Shown: positions 7,064-17,174, counted from the stretch's first letter. The stretch: DNA of 24,000 nucleotides from Azospirillum griseum (GCF_003966125.1 NZ_RXMA01000003.1:219495-243494), one strand, 5' to 3'. The notes: generated from the letters alone by a model not told the origin. Made by a program: numbers and translations.

Positions 7064-8293
7064 TTACGTCGAAGACGACTGTTGAGGTGAGGCCGACCGT
7101 TGCATCGCCGTCACCGTCAGGAAGGTGGCGGCGATCAGCAGCGGGACAAAGGACACCAGCAGCACCACGTTCCAGCCAAAGGCCGACAGCAAGCCGCCCG
7201 AGGCGAAGGACCCCACCGCCATCGTCCCGAAAACGAAGAAGTCGTTGAGCGACTGCACCCGCGTCCGTTCCTCCGGCCGGTGGCATTCCAGCACCAGGGC
7301 GGACGCGCCGAGAAAGCCGAAATTCCACCCCACCCCCAGCAGGATCAGGCTGCCCCAGAAATGGGCGACCTCCACCCCGGTCAAGCCGACCCCGGCGGCG
7401 GCCGCGATCAGGGCCAGCCCGGCGCTGGTCATGCGCGGCGCACCAAAGCGGGCGATCAGCCGCCCGGTGAAAAAGCTGGGGGCGTACATGGCGATGACGT
7501 GCCATTGCAGGCCGAGATTCGACGCCTCTTGCGGCAGGCCGCACAGGTGCATGGCCAGCGGGGCGGCGGTCATGATGAAGTTCATCAGCAGATAGGACAC
7601 CACCCCGCACACCACCGCGTTGATGAAGCGCGGCTGGCGCAGGATGACGCCCAAGGGCCGACCCTGCGCGCTTTCCGCCAGCGTCGGCTTGGGCAGGCGG
7701 ACCCCCATCAGCACCAACGCCGACACAACGGCCACACCCGCCTGCGCGATGTAGGTGGCGGCGAACAGGTGCGGCGGCGACCAGTTCATGGTCAGGGTGA
7801 CAAGCTGCGGCCCGATCACCCCGGCGAACACGCCGCCCGCCATCACGGCGGACATCGCGCGCGGGCGGCGGTCCGCCGGGGCGCAATCGGCGGCGGCAAA
7901 GCGCAGGGACAGCACGACGGCGGCGTAGGCCCCGCCGAACGCCATCGCCAGACTGAACAGCCAGAAGGATCCCAGCACCACCGCCAGCGACGACAGCAGC
8001 CCGGTGAGCACGCCGCAGCCGGTCCCGGTCAGAAACGCCGCCCGGCGGCCATGGCGGCGGGCCAGCGCACCAAAGGGCAGGGTGCAAACCGCCATCCCGA
8101 CCACGAAAATCGAAATCGGCAGGGTGGCCAGCGCCGAACTGGGAGCCAGACTGTTGCCGACGATGGCCCCGGTGGCGTAGGCGACGACCGCGTTCGACCC
8201 GGCCAGGGCCTGGGCCACCGACAGCCGCAGCACGTTGCTGGTCTCATGGGGATAGAGGCTGTCGGCGGTGGGGATGGAGGCGGCCTGTGCCAT
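7064..8293 (-). CDS. MFS transporter, substrate unknown
   Basis: The 409-aa product is hydrophobic throughout, with about 12 predicted TM segments and an RRHGRR loop after TM2 that is typical of MFS. ATG 8293 is preceded by GAGGG. Confidence 0.8.
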   Translation of the reverse strand: MAQAASIPTADSLYPHETSNVLRLSVAQALAGSNAVVAYATGAIVGNSLAPSSALATLPISIFVVGMAVCTLPFGALARRHGRRAAFLTGTGCGVLTGLLSSLAVVLGSFWLFSLAMAFGGAYAAVVLSLRFAAADCAPADRRPRAMSAVMAGGVFAGVIGPQLVTLTMNWSPPHLFAATYIAQAGVAVVSALVLMGVRLPKPTLAESAQGRPLGVILRQPRFINAVVCGVVSYLLMNFIMTAAPLAMHLCGLPQEASNLGLQWHVIAMYAPSFFTGRLIARFGAPRMTSAGLALIAAAAGVGLTGVEVAHFWGSLILLGVGWNFGFLGASALVLECHRPEERTRVQSLNDFFVFGTMAVGSFASGGLLSAFGWNVVLLVSFVPLLIAATFLTVTAMQRSASPQQSSST

Positions 8294-8396
8294 CGGGTGC
8301 CCTCAACGAACGCGTGCGGCACCGGAATGGCCCCGTTGCCCGTCAGCATGAACCGGAGGGCTGGTTGAACGGAAATGGTTTGTTGAAATGACGAAC

Positions 8397-8419
8397 AGCC
8401 TTGCGTTCGCCGCAAGGCT
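8397..8419 (-). terminator. Hairpin terminator candidate downstream of the GlxA-family regulator gene
   Basis: The stem AGCCTTGCG (8397..8405) pairs with CGCAAGGCT (8411..8419) over 9 perfect bp with a 5-nt loop. It starts 12 nt after the regulator stop. On the minus strand it is followed by GTTCGTCATTTC, which is only moderately U-rich. Confidence 0.45.
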
Positions 8420-8431
8420 CCGGCGGCGTCA

Positions 8432-9424
8432 TCAGGCCCCGCTTTTGCGGAACACCGACGGCGTCACCCCCCGCCGCGCCTTGAAGGCGCGGACAAAGTG
8501 GGAGGAGTCGCAGAATCCGGCGGCGGCGGCGATGTCGGTCACGGATTGGTCGGTGGTTGTCAGCAAAAACTCGGCGTGTTCCAGCCGGATGATCTTGTAG
8601 GCGTCGGTCGGCGTGAGGCCGAGCGCGCTGTGGGTGTGGCGTTCCAACTGGCGGCGGGCCACGCCCAGGCGGCGCGACAGGTCGGCGATGGACAGCGGGG
8701 CGTCGATGTTCTGCTGCATCAGCAGCAACGCCTTTTTCACGATCTCGTCGGTGGTGGTCAGGTCGAGCGGGATGCCCGGCTGGGGTTTTTCGGCGCGCAG
8801 GGCGTCGTCGATGATCATGATGTGCAGGCTCTTGCGCGCCTGCGCCCGCCCGACATGCTTTTCCACCAGATGGGCGGCGAGATGGGCGGAGCTGGTTCCG
8901 CCCGAACAGGTCAGCCGGTCGCGGTCCACGATGAAAATCTGGTCGGACACCGGGGTCAGGCCGCTGAACTGCTCCAGAAAATCGGCGTGGTGGAACCAAC
9001 TGACGCAACAGCGGTAGCCGTCCATCAACCCCGCCCGTTGCAGGATGAAGGCCCCGGTGCACACCCCCACCAGCGGGACCCGCGCGGCGGCCGCGCGGTG
9101 CAGATAGGCGGTGTGTTCGGGGCTGAGAGCCGGGGTTTCGTCGATCAGGCCGCCGACAACGACGATGTAGGTGAAGTGGGCCGGGTCGCCCAGCCGTTCG
9201 GTCGGCTGCACCAGAACGCCACTGCTCGACGCCACCGGGCGCATGGTGTCGGACAGCACCGTCCACTCGCACAGGATCGGGCGGCTGCGGTCGCCCTCGT
9301 CGGCGGCCAGCCGCAGCACGTCCACGAAATTGGCGAAGGCCCCCAACGTGAAGCGGTGGGCCAGGATGAAACCGACCGACAGGCGCGGCGTGCCGCGCCC
9401 CGGCGGGCGGCTGTGGCGGTCCAT
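8432..9424 (-). CDS. GlxA-family (GATase1/DJ-1-like + AraC HTH) transcriptional regulator, SouR/GbdR-like
   Basis: The product is 330 aa from ATG 9424, preceded by GGAGAG with a 7-nt spacer. It has a DJ-1/PfpI-like domain (VGVCTGAFILQRAGLMDG) and a C-terminal AraC HTH (DIAAAAGFCDSSHFVRAFKARRGVTPSVFRK). It is divergent from the sox operon. The track's 414-aa version (start 9676) would overlap soxB. Confidence 0.85.
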   Translation of the reverse strand: MDRHSRPPGRGTPRLSVGFILAHRFTLGAFANFVDVLRLAADEGDRSRPILCEWTVLSDTMRPVASSSGVLVQPTERLGDPAHFTYIVVVGGLIDETPALSPEHTAYLHRAAAARVPLVGVCTGAFILQRAGLMDGYRCCVSWFHHADFLEQFSGLTPVSDQIFIVDRDRLTCSGGTSSAHLAAHLVEKHVGRAQARKSLHIMIIDDALRAEKPQPGIPLDLTTTDEIVKKALLLMQQNIDAPLSIADLSRRLGVARRQLERHTHSALGLTPTDAYKIIRLEHAEFLLTTTDQSVTDIAAAAGFCDSSHFVRAFKARRGVTPSVFRKSGA

Positions 9425-9450
9425 GCGGTGTCTCTCCAGTCCGGGGCTGC

Positions 9451-9506
9451 CGGTCTGTTCGGTCTGTTGTGTTGTCGCATGGGTGACATTACGCTGACGC
9501 ACCCAT
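9451..9506. promoter_or_regulatory. Repeat cluster in the regulator/soxB divergent promoter: tandem CGGTCTGTT x2 (9451..9468) and inverted ATGGGTG-N14-CACCCAT (9479..9506)
   Basis: Read directly. These are the only obvious symmetric or repeated elements in the 142-bp spacer. The proposed function as a binding site is inference. Confidence 0.35.
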
Positions 9507-9566
9507 TCTGTCCAAGCCCGATGGCTTTCCCGATAGTGATGGGGTGTTGAACTGCGCGGTGCCGCC

Positions 9567-10820
9567 ATGACCCGCTTCTCCTTCTCCTCCCTTCTCAGCA
9601 ACGCCCTGACCGGCAACCGGAACTGGCAACCCCAATGGCCCGACGCCGAACCGAAGGCCGAGTATGACGTGATCATCGTCGGGGCGGGCGGCCATGGGCT
9701 GGGGGCCGCCTATTATCTGGCCAAGGAGCACGGCGTCACCAACGTGGCCGTGATCGAAAAGGGGTGGCTGGGCGGCGGCAACACCGGGCGCAACACCACC
9801 ATCATCCGCTCCAACTACCTCTACGACGAAAGCGCGATGCTGTACGAGCACGCGATGAAGCTGTGGGAGGGGTTGAGCCAGGATCTGAACTACAACGTCA
9901 TGTTCTCCCAGCGCGGCGTTCTGATGCTGGCGCACACGGTCCATGACGTGCAGAGCTTCAAGCGGCACATCCACGCCAACAGGCTGAACGGCATCGACAA
10001 CGAATGGCTGACGCCGGAGCAGGCCAAGGCCTTCTGCCCGCCGCTGAACACCGATCCCAACGCGCGTTACCCGGTGATGGGGGCGGCGCTGCAACGGCGC
10101 GGCGGCGTGGCCCGGCACGACGCGGTGGCCTGGGGCTACGCCCGTGGGGCGGCGGCGCGCGGGGTGGACATCATCCAGAATTGCCCGGTGACGGCGATCG
10201 GTCGCGACGCGGCGGGGCGGGTGACGGGGGTGCAGACGCCGCGCGGCTTCATCAAGGCCAAAAAGGTCGCCGTGTCGGCGGCGGGCAGCACGTCGGTGGT
10301 GATGGACAGTGCCGGCGTGCGTTTGCCGCTGGAAAGCTACCCGTTGCAGGCGCTGGTGTCGGAACCGATCAAGCCGGTGTTCCCCTGCGTGGCGATGTCC
10401 AACACCGTCCACGCCTACATCAGCCAATCCGACAAGGGCGAGTTGGTGATCGGGTCGGGGACCGATCAATACACCTCCTACAGCCAGCGCGGCGGGCTGC
10501 CGCTGATCGAACACACCATCGCCGCCATCTGCGAGGTGTTCCCGATCTTCACCCGCATGCGGATGCTGCGCAAATGGGCGGGCATCGTGGACGTGACGCC
10601 CGACCGCTCGCCGATCATCGGCCTGACCCCGGTTCCGGGGCTGTATGTGAATTGCGGCTGGGGCACCGGCGGCTTCAAGGCGACGCCGGGATCGGCGCAC
10701 GTCTTCGCCCACACCATCGCCCGCAACGAACCCCACCCGATCAACGCGCCCTTCACGTTGGAGCGCTTCACCACCGGCCGCCTGATCGACGAGGCCGCCG
10801 CCGCCGCCGTGGCGCATTGA
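9567..10820 (+). CDS. soxB: Sarcosine oxidase subunit beta
   Basis: The 417-aa product has the typical SoxB N-terminus (...[38 protein letters not shown]) with an FAD Rossmann motif. It is followed by soxD, soxA and soxG in the canonical order. Confidence 0.95.
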   Translation: MTRFSFSSLLSNALTGNRNWQPQWPDAEPKAEYDVIIVGAGGHGLGAAYYLAKEHGVTNVAVIEKGWLGGGNTGRNTTIIRSNYLYDESAMLYEHAMKLWEGLSQDLNYNVMFSQRGVLMLAHTVHDVQSFKRHIHANRLNGIDNEWLTPEQAKAFCPPLNTDPNARYPVMGAALQRRGGVARHDAVAWGYARGAAARGVDIIQNCPVTAIGRDAAGRVTGVQTPRGFIKAKKVAVSAAGSTSVVMDSAGVRLPLESYPLQALVSEPIKPVFPCVAMSNTVHAYISQSDKGELVIGSGTDQYTSYSQRGGLPLIEHTIAAICEVFPIFTRMRMLRKWAGIVDVTPDRSPIIGLTPVPGLYVNCGWGTGGFKATPGSAHVFAHTIARNEPHPINAPFTLERFTTGRLIDEAAAAAVAH

Positions 10821-10831
10821 GGAGTGACGAG

Positions 10832-11194
10832 ATGCTGTTGATCCGCTGCCCTTATTGCGAGGCCGAACGCCCGGAGGTCGAGTTCGTTTACGCCGGGGAG
10901 GCGCACATCACCCGCCCGACCAACCCGTCGGCGCTGTCGGACGAGGCGTGGAAGGACCATTTGTTCACCCGCACCAACCCGCGCGGGCGGCATTTCGAAC
11001 GCTGGCGGCATCTGCACGGCTGCGGGCGCTTCTTCAACGCGGTGCGTGACACCGTCAGCGACCGGTTCGCCCTGACCTACAAGGCCGGTCTGCCCCGCCC
11101 GACCGACGCGGAGATCGAGGCGGCCAACGCCCCGGCGGCCCAAACCCCGGCAACGAACGCCCCGGCGGCCCAGAACCAGGAGGCGCGCTCATGA
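10832..11194 (+). CDS. soxD: Sarcosine oxidase subunit delta
   Basis: The 120-aa product is embedded in the track ORF 10004..11194. ATG 10832 follows GGAG (10821..10824). The sequence MLLIRCPYCEAERPEVEF...HLHGCGRFF is the SoxD Cys3His zinc motif. Its stop overlaps the soxA start (ATGA at 11191..11194). Confidence 0.9.
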   Translation: MLLIRCPYCEAERPEVEFVYAGEAHITRPTNPSALSDEAWKDHLFTRTNPRGRHFERWRHLHGCGRFFNAVRDTVSDRFALTYKAGLPRPTDAEIEAANAPAAQTPATNAPAAQNQEARS

Positions 11195-14190
11195 CCAGCT
11201 TCCGCATCCCCGGCAAGGGCCGCCTGACCGCCGCCGCGCCGGTTCATTTCACCTTCGACGGCCAACCGTTCCAGGGCGTGGCGGGCGACAGCCTGGCCTC
11301 GGCCCTGCTGGCCAACGGCGTCCATCTGGTCGGGCGCTCCTTCAAATACCACCGTCCGCGCGGCATCCTGTCCGCCGGGTCGGAGGAGCCGAACGCGCTG
11401 GTCAGCACCGACCGGGGCCAGGGCCGCTTCGAACCGAACACCCGCGCCACCATGCTGGAGCTGTATGACGGTTTGGCCGCGACCAGCCAAAACCGCTGGC
11501 CGTCTTTGCGGCGCGACGTTGGCGCGGTGAATGACGCGCTCTACATGCTGTTTTCCGCCGGTTTCTACTACAAGACCTTCATGTGGCCGAAAAGCTTCTG
11601 GACGAAGGTCTATGAGCCGTTCATCCGCAACGCCGCCGGTCTCGGCCCCGCCCCGGTGGCGGTCGATCCCGACGTGTACGCCAGCCGCTTCGCCCATTGC
11701 GATCTGCTGGTCGTCGGCGGCGGTCCGGCCGGTCTGGCCGCCGCGCTCGCCGCCGGGCGCAGCGGCGCGTCGGTGATCCTGTGCGACGAACAGGCCGAAT
11801 TGGGTGGCTCGCTGCTGTCGGAAACCGACGCGGGCATCGATGGCCGCAGCGGTTGGGGCTGGCTGGACGAGACGCGGGCGGCGCTGGCGGCCCTGCCCAA
11901 CGTCACGCTGCTGCCGCGCACCACCGCCATCGGCTATTACCATCAAAATTTCCTGGGGCTGTGCCAGCGCCTGACCGACCATCTGACCGTGGTGCCGGAC
12001 GGCGCGCCGCGCGAGCGTCTGTGGAAGGTGCGGGCCAAGCGCGTGGTGCTGGCGCAGGGGTCGATTGAAAAGCCGCTGGTCTTCGCCGGAAACGACCGTC
12101 CCGGCGTGATGCTGGCCGGGGCGGCGCGCGCCTATCTGAACCGCTACGGCGTGGCGGTGGGCCGCCGCGTCGCCATTGTCACCACCCATGACAGCGCGTG
12201 GCTGGCCGCCTTCGATCTGGCGCGGGCCGGGGTGGCGGTCGCCGCCATCGTCGACGCGCGCGGCACGGTTCCCGCCGGGCTGGTGGCGCGGGCCGAGGCG
12301 CTGCGCATCCCCACCCGGATCGGCTGGACGGTGACGGACACCGCCGGGCGGCTGCGGGTGGAGTCGGTGCGGATCAACCCGGTGGCGGCGGACGGCACGG
12401 TCGGGGCGGGGCAGACCCTTGCCTGCGACGCGCTGCTGATGTCGGGCGGCTGGACGCCCAGCGTGCATCTGTTTTCCCACACCAAGGGGTCGCTGCGCTG
12501 GCAGGAAGACCGCCAGATGTTCACGCCGGGCGAAACGGTGGAGGACGGTTGCCCGGTCGGGGCCTGCGCCGGTCGCTTCGGTCTGGCCGCCGCGCTGGAG
12601 GATGGGGCGGAGGCCGGGCGCGCGGCGGTGGCTGCGCTGGGCTTCACCGCCGAGGCGACGGCGCACCGGGTGACGGACGAAACGCCGCTGACCGGGACCA
12701 GCCTGCGCGAGCTGCCGACCGACCGCGACCCGTCGCGGATCAAGGCCTTCGTCGATTTCCAGAACGACGTCATGGCCAAGGACATCCGGCTGGCGGTGCG
12801 CGAGGGCTTCCAATCCATCGAGCACATCAAACGCTACACCACCACCGGGATGGCGACCGACCAGGGCAAGATTTCCAACATCAACGGTCTGGCCATCGCG
12901 GCGGACGCGTTGAAGCGCCCGGCCCCGGCGGTGGGGTTGACCACCTTCCGCCCGCCCTACACCCCGACCACCTTCGGGGCCTTCGCCGGCTACAACCGGG
13001 GCGACCTGTTCGAGGTGACGCGCAAGACGCCCATCGACGGTTGGGCGGAGGCGCAGGGCGCGGTGTTCGAACCGGTGTCGCTGTGGCGGCGCGCCTGGTA
13101 CTTCCCGCAGGCTGGCGAGGACATGCACGCGGCGGTCGCCCGCGAATGCGCGGCGGTGCGCTCCTCGCTGGGGATGTTCGACGCCTCGACGCTCGGCAAG
13201 ATCGAGATCGTCGGCCCGGACGCCGCCGAATTCATGAACCGCATGTACACCAACGCGTGGACCAAGCTGGCCCCCGGGCGCTGCCGCTACGGCCTGATGC
13301 TGGGCGAGGATGGCTTCATCCGCGACGACGGCGTGATCGGGCGGCTGGCCCACGACCGTTTCCACGTCACCACCACCACCGGCGGGGCCGCGCGCGTGCT
13401 GGCGATGATGGAAGACTATCTGCAAACCGAATGGCCGGATCTGAAGGTCTGGTTGACCTCCACCACCGAACAATGGGCGGTGATCGCGCTGCAAGGTCCC
13501 AACGCCCGCAAGCTGATCGAACCGCTGGTCGAGGGCATCGATCTGGCCGACAGCGCCTTTCCGCACATGGCGGTGGCGGAAGGCCGGATCTGCGGGGTCC
13601 CGACCCGGCTGTTCCGCGTCTCCTTCACCGGCGAGCTGGGCTTTGAAATCAACGTTCCCGCCCGCCATGGCCGCGCGGTGTGGGAGGCGCTGCACGAGGC
13701 CGGGCAGCGGTTCGGCATCACCCCCTATGGCACGGAGACGATGCACGTCCTGCGCGCCGAAAAGGGCTACATCATCGTTGGGCAGGACACGGACGGCACC
13801 TTGACGCCGGACGACTCCGGGCTGGGCTGGGCCGTGGGCAAGACCAAGCCGGATTTCGTCGGCAAACGGTCGCTGACCCGCCCCGACATGCTGGTCCCCC
13901 ACCGCAAGCAGCTGGTCGGTCTGCTGACCGAGGATCCACAAACGGTGTTGGAGGAGGGGGCGCAAATCGTCCTCGACCCCAACCAGCCGCTGCCGATGAA
14001 GATGGTCGGTCACGTCACCTCGTCCTATTGGAGCGCCGCGCTGGGCCGGTCCATCGCCCTGGCGGTGGTCGAGGGCGGGCGGGCGCGGCAGGGCGAAACG
14101 GTGCATGTGCCGATGCCCGACCGGGTCCACCGCGCGACCGTGACCGGCACCGTCTTTTTCGATCCCGACAACACCCGTTTGAGCGCGTAG
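11191..14190 (+). CDS. soxA: Sarcosine oxidase subunit alpha
   Basis: The 999-aa product has the dinucleotide-binding motif DLLVVGGGPAGLAAALAA and a C-terminal GcvT-like folate-binding domain (GMFDASTLGKIEIVGPDAAEFMNRMYTN). Confidence 0.95.
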   Translation: MTSFRIPGKGRLTAAAPVHFTFDGQPFQGVAGDSLASALLANGVHLVGRSFKYHRPRGILSAGSEEPNALVSTDRGQGRFEPNTRATMLELYDGLAATSQNRWPSLRRDVGAVNDALYMLFSAGFYYKTFMWPKSFWTKVYEPFIRNAAGLGPAPVAVDPDVYASRFAHCDLLVVGGGPAGLAAALAAGRSGASVILCDEQAELGGSLLSETDAGIDGRSGWGWLDETRAALAALPNVTLLPRTTAIGYYHQNFLGLCQRLTDHLTVVPDGAPRERLWKVRAKRVVLAQGSIEKPLVFAGNDRPGVMLAGAARAYLNRYGVAVGRRVAIVTTHDSAWLAAFDLARAGVAVAAIVDARGTVPAGLVARAEALRIPTRIGWTVTDTAGRLRVESVRINPVAADGTVGAGQTLACDALLMSGGWTPSVHLFSHTKGSLRWQEDRQMFTPGETVEDGCPVGACAGRFGLAAALEDGAEAGRAAVAALGFTAEATAHRVTDETPLTGTSLRELPTDRDPSRIKAFVDFQNDVMAKDIRLAVREGFQSIEHIKRYTTTGMATDQGKISNINGLAIAADALKRPAPAVGLTTFRPPYTPTTFGAFAGYNRGDLFEVTRKTPIDGWAEAQGAVFEPVSLWRRAWYFPQAGEDMHAAVARECAAVRSSLGMFDASTLGKIEIVGPDAAEFMNRMYTNAWTKLAPGRCRYGLMLGEDGFIRDDGVIGRLAHDRFHVTTTTGGAARVLAMMEDYLQTEWPDLKVWLTSTTEQWAVIALQGPNARKLIEPLVEGIDLADSAFPHMAVAEGRICGVPTRLFRVSFTGELGFEINVPARHGRAVWEALHEAGQRFGITPYGTETMHVLRAEKGYIIVGQDTDGTLTPDDSGLGWAVGKTKPDFVGKRSLTRPDMLVPHRKQLVGLLTEDPQTVLEEGAQIVLDPNQPLPMKMVGHVTSSYWSAALGRSIALAVVEGGRARQGETVHVPMPDRVHRATVTGTVFFDPDNTRLSA

Positions 14191-14197
14191 GAGGCCC

Positions 14198-14737
14198 ATG
14201 GTGCCGCACGCCCCCGCTTCCCTTCTGGTGCGCAACGGCGCGCTCTCCGTCCGTCTCGCGGACGAGGTCGCCCGCTTCAGCCTGCGTCTGGCCCCCGCCG
14301 ACACCGGCCAGGCCGCCGCCGCCTTCGGCGGGCCGTTGCCCGCCCGCATCGGCGCGATGAGCCAAAGCAACGGGCGCACCGCCCTGCAACTTGGCCCCGA
14401 CGAGTGGCAGATCCTCGCCCCGCCGGGGGACGTCGACGCCCTGTCCGCCGCCTTTGCCGCCCTGCCGGTCCCGCACAGCCTGGTGGACATCAGCCACCGC
14501 GAGGTCGGGATTGTGGTGGAGGGGGCGGCGGCCACGCTTGCCCTGCGCTCGGCCATCGCCTTTGATCTGGAGGCGATGGCGGTGGGAACCGGCTGCCGCA
14601 CCCTGTTCGACAAGGCGCAAATCCTGCTGATCCGCGAGGCCGCCGACCGTTTCCGCATCGAGGTCTGGCGTTCCTTCGCCGATCACGTCTGGGGTCTGCT
14701 GCGCGCGGCCAGCCGCGAAATCGATCTGGATCTGTGA
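14198..14737 (+). CDS. soxG: Sarcosine oxidase subunit gamma
   Basis: The 179-aa ORF lies immediately after soxA, with AGGAGG at 14188..14193. The call rests mainly on its size and its position in soxBDAG. Confidence 0.8.
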   Translation: MVPHAPASLLVRNGALSVRLADEVARFSLRLAPADTGQAAAAFGGPLPARIGAMSQSNGRTALQLGPDEWQILAPPGDVDALSAAFAALPVPHSLVDISHREVGIVVEGAAATLALRSAIAFDLEAMAVGTGCRTLFDKAQILLIREAADRFRIEVWRSFADHVWGLLRAASREIDLDL

Positions 14738-14783
14738 CCCCACCGGCCTGTGCCGGACGCCATCCAACCCGCGAGGATTCCGC

Positions 14784-16058
<1,275 letters not shown>

Positions 16059-16089
16059 CCGTCACCGCCCTCCTCCTTCTCCTTCCCTG

Positions 16090-16983
16090 ATGCGAGAACC
16101 CGCCATGCGCCCCACCTCCAACCGGTTTGTCATGACGGTGAGCTGCGCCAGCCGTCCCGGCATCATCTCCGCCCTGTCCACGCTGCTGGCGAACCGGGGG
16201 TGCGACATCGTCGAAAGCGCGCAGTTCGTCGATCACGAGCACGCGCGTTTTTTCCTGCGCATGGCGTTCGACGCCCCCCTTGATCTGGGTGGGGCGGGGC
16301 TGGAGGGGGAAACGGTCCTGTTGCGCGAGATGGAACCGATCCGCGAGCGCTTCGCCATGGATTTGTCCATCCGCGACGTGCGGCGGCGCTCGAAGATCCT
16401 CATCATGGTGTCGAAGATCGGCCATTGTCTGAACGATCTGCTGTACCGCCACAGCATCGGGGCGTTGCCCGCCGACATCGTCGGCGTGGTGTCCAACCAC
16501 GACAGTTTCCGCAAGCTGGTGGAGCGCCACGACCTGCCTTTCCATCACCTGCCGATGTCCCCCGAGGTGAAGGCGGAGCAGGAGGCGGCGCTGATGGGCA
16601 TCGTCGAGGACGGCGGGGTGGAGCTGGTGGTGCTCGCCCGCTACATGCAGGTGCTGTCACCGGCCCTGTGCCAGCGGATGGCGGGGAAGGTCATCAACAT
16701 CCATCACAGCTTCCTGCCCAGCTTCAAGGGGGCCAAGCCCTACCACCAGGCGCACAAGCGCGGGGTGAAGCTGATCGGGGCGACGGCCCACTACGTCACC
16801 GACGACCTCGACGAAGGCCCGATCATCGAGCAGGAGGTGTCCCGGGTCGATCACGCGATGTCACCGGACGATCTGGTGGCGATTGGCCGCGACGTGGAAA
16901 GCGTGGTGCTGGCCCGCGCGGTGCGCCTGCACATCGAATCGCGGGTGATGCTGCACGATGAAAAAACCGTCGTTTTCCGGTGA
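16090..16983 (+). CDS. purU: Formyltetrahydrofolate deformylase
   Basis: The product has an N-terminal ACT domain (FVMTVSCASRPGIISALSTLLANRGCDIVES) and a formyltransferase core (INIHHSFLPSFKGAKPY, HYVTDDLDEGPII). The start is ambiguous: ATG 16090 has no SD, and ATG 16105 has a weak GAGAA. Confidence 0.9.
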   Translation: MREPAMRPTSNRFVMTVSCASRPGIISALSTLLANRGCDIVESAQFVDHEHARFFLRMAFDAPLDLGGAGLEGETVLLREMEPIRERFAMDLSIRDVRRRSKILIMVSKIGHCLNDLLYRHSIGALPADIVGVVSNHDSFRKLVERHDLPFHHLPMSPEVKAEQEAALMGIVEDGGVELVVLARYMQVLSPALCQRMAGKVINIHHSFLPSFKGAKPYHQAHKRGVKLIGATAHYVTDDLDEGPIIEQEVSRVDHAMSPDDLVAIGRDVESVVLARAVRLHIESRVMLHDEKTVVFR

Positions 16984-17003
16984 CGGCCACCGGGTGTTCT
17001 CAT

Positions 17004-17076
17004 CCCCGCTTCATCACAGCATCACCATATGATGAATTTCATCAAAGCAAGCGGGGAAATTGTCATCAAAAGATGA
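17004..17076. promoter_or_regulatory. Nested palindromes built from TCATCA/TGATGA hexamers in an AT-rich island
   Basis: Read directly. CCCCGCTT (17004..17011) pairs with AAGCGGGG (17049..17056) and encloses TGATGAA-T-TTCATCA (17030..17044). A further TCATCA lies at 17011..17016, and TCATC-AAAA-GATGA lies at 17063..17076. This could be the terminator structure of the sox-glyA-purU operon, protein-binding sites, or both. Confidence 0.4.
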
Positions 17077-17161
17077 TTTCAAAACACCCCTTACGCTGTG
17101 TGCGCCGCGTCATGGGAACCAGCGGCACCCTTGAAGATTATAAACAATAACTGTTTTGCTT

Positions 17162-17174
17162 CGCGATAATCGCG
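17162..17174. promoter_or_regulatory. 13-bp palindrome CGCGAT-A-ATCGCG overlapping a putative -10 (GATAAT 17165..17170; possible -35 TAAACA 17141..17146)
   Basis: Read directly. It lies about 107 nt upstream of the aldehyde dehydrogenase start. The CGATAATCG core resembles, from memory, IclR-family PcaR/PcaU-type operators of aromatic-catabolic promoters. Confidence 0.35.

Noticed and set aside
9451-9468. Tandem 9-mer, considered as a microsatellite or CRISPR-like repeat
   Set aside because: There are only two copies and no spacer architecture. It is kept only as a possible regulator half-site pair.
8432-9676. Long (414-aa) version of the GlxA-family regulator starting at 9676
   Set aside because: It would overlap the soxB start by more than 100 nt, and its extra 84 residues have no family similarity. 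The internal ATG at 9424 has a GGAGAG RBS and gives a standard roughly 330-aa protein.
11077-14658. 1193-aa minus-strand ORF antisense to soxA/soxG
   Set aside because: It lies fully antisense to an unmistakable SoxA reading frame. Its product is Arg/Gly/Ala/Pro-rich with no recognisable motifs. Long stop-free antisense frames are expected at this GC content.
14743-14756. Small hairpin CCGGC-ctgt-GCCGG between soxG and glyA
   Set aside because: It has a 5-bp stem inside a 46-nt intra-operon spacer. It is not distinguishable from chance in GC-rich DNA.
17029-17076. 15-codon mini-ORF (MMNFIKASGEIVIKR) inside the AT-rich palindromic island, considered as a possible leader peptide
   Set aside because: It has no Shine-Dalgarno upstream. 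It is largely a by-product of the TGATGA/TCATCA palindromes (ATG and TGA are embedded in the repeats). It cannot be distinguished from chance without ribosome profiling.
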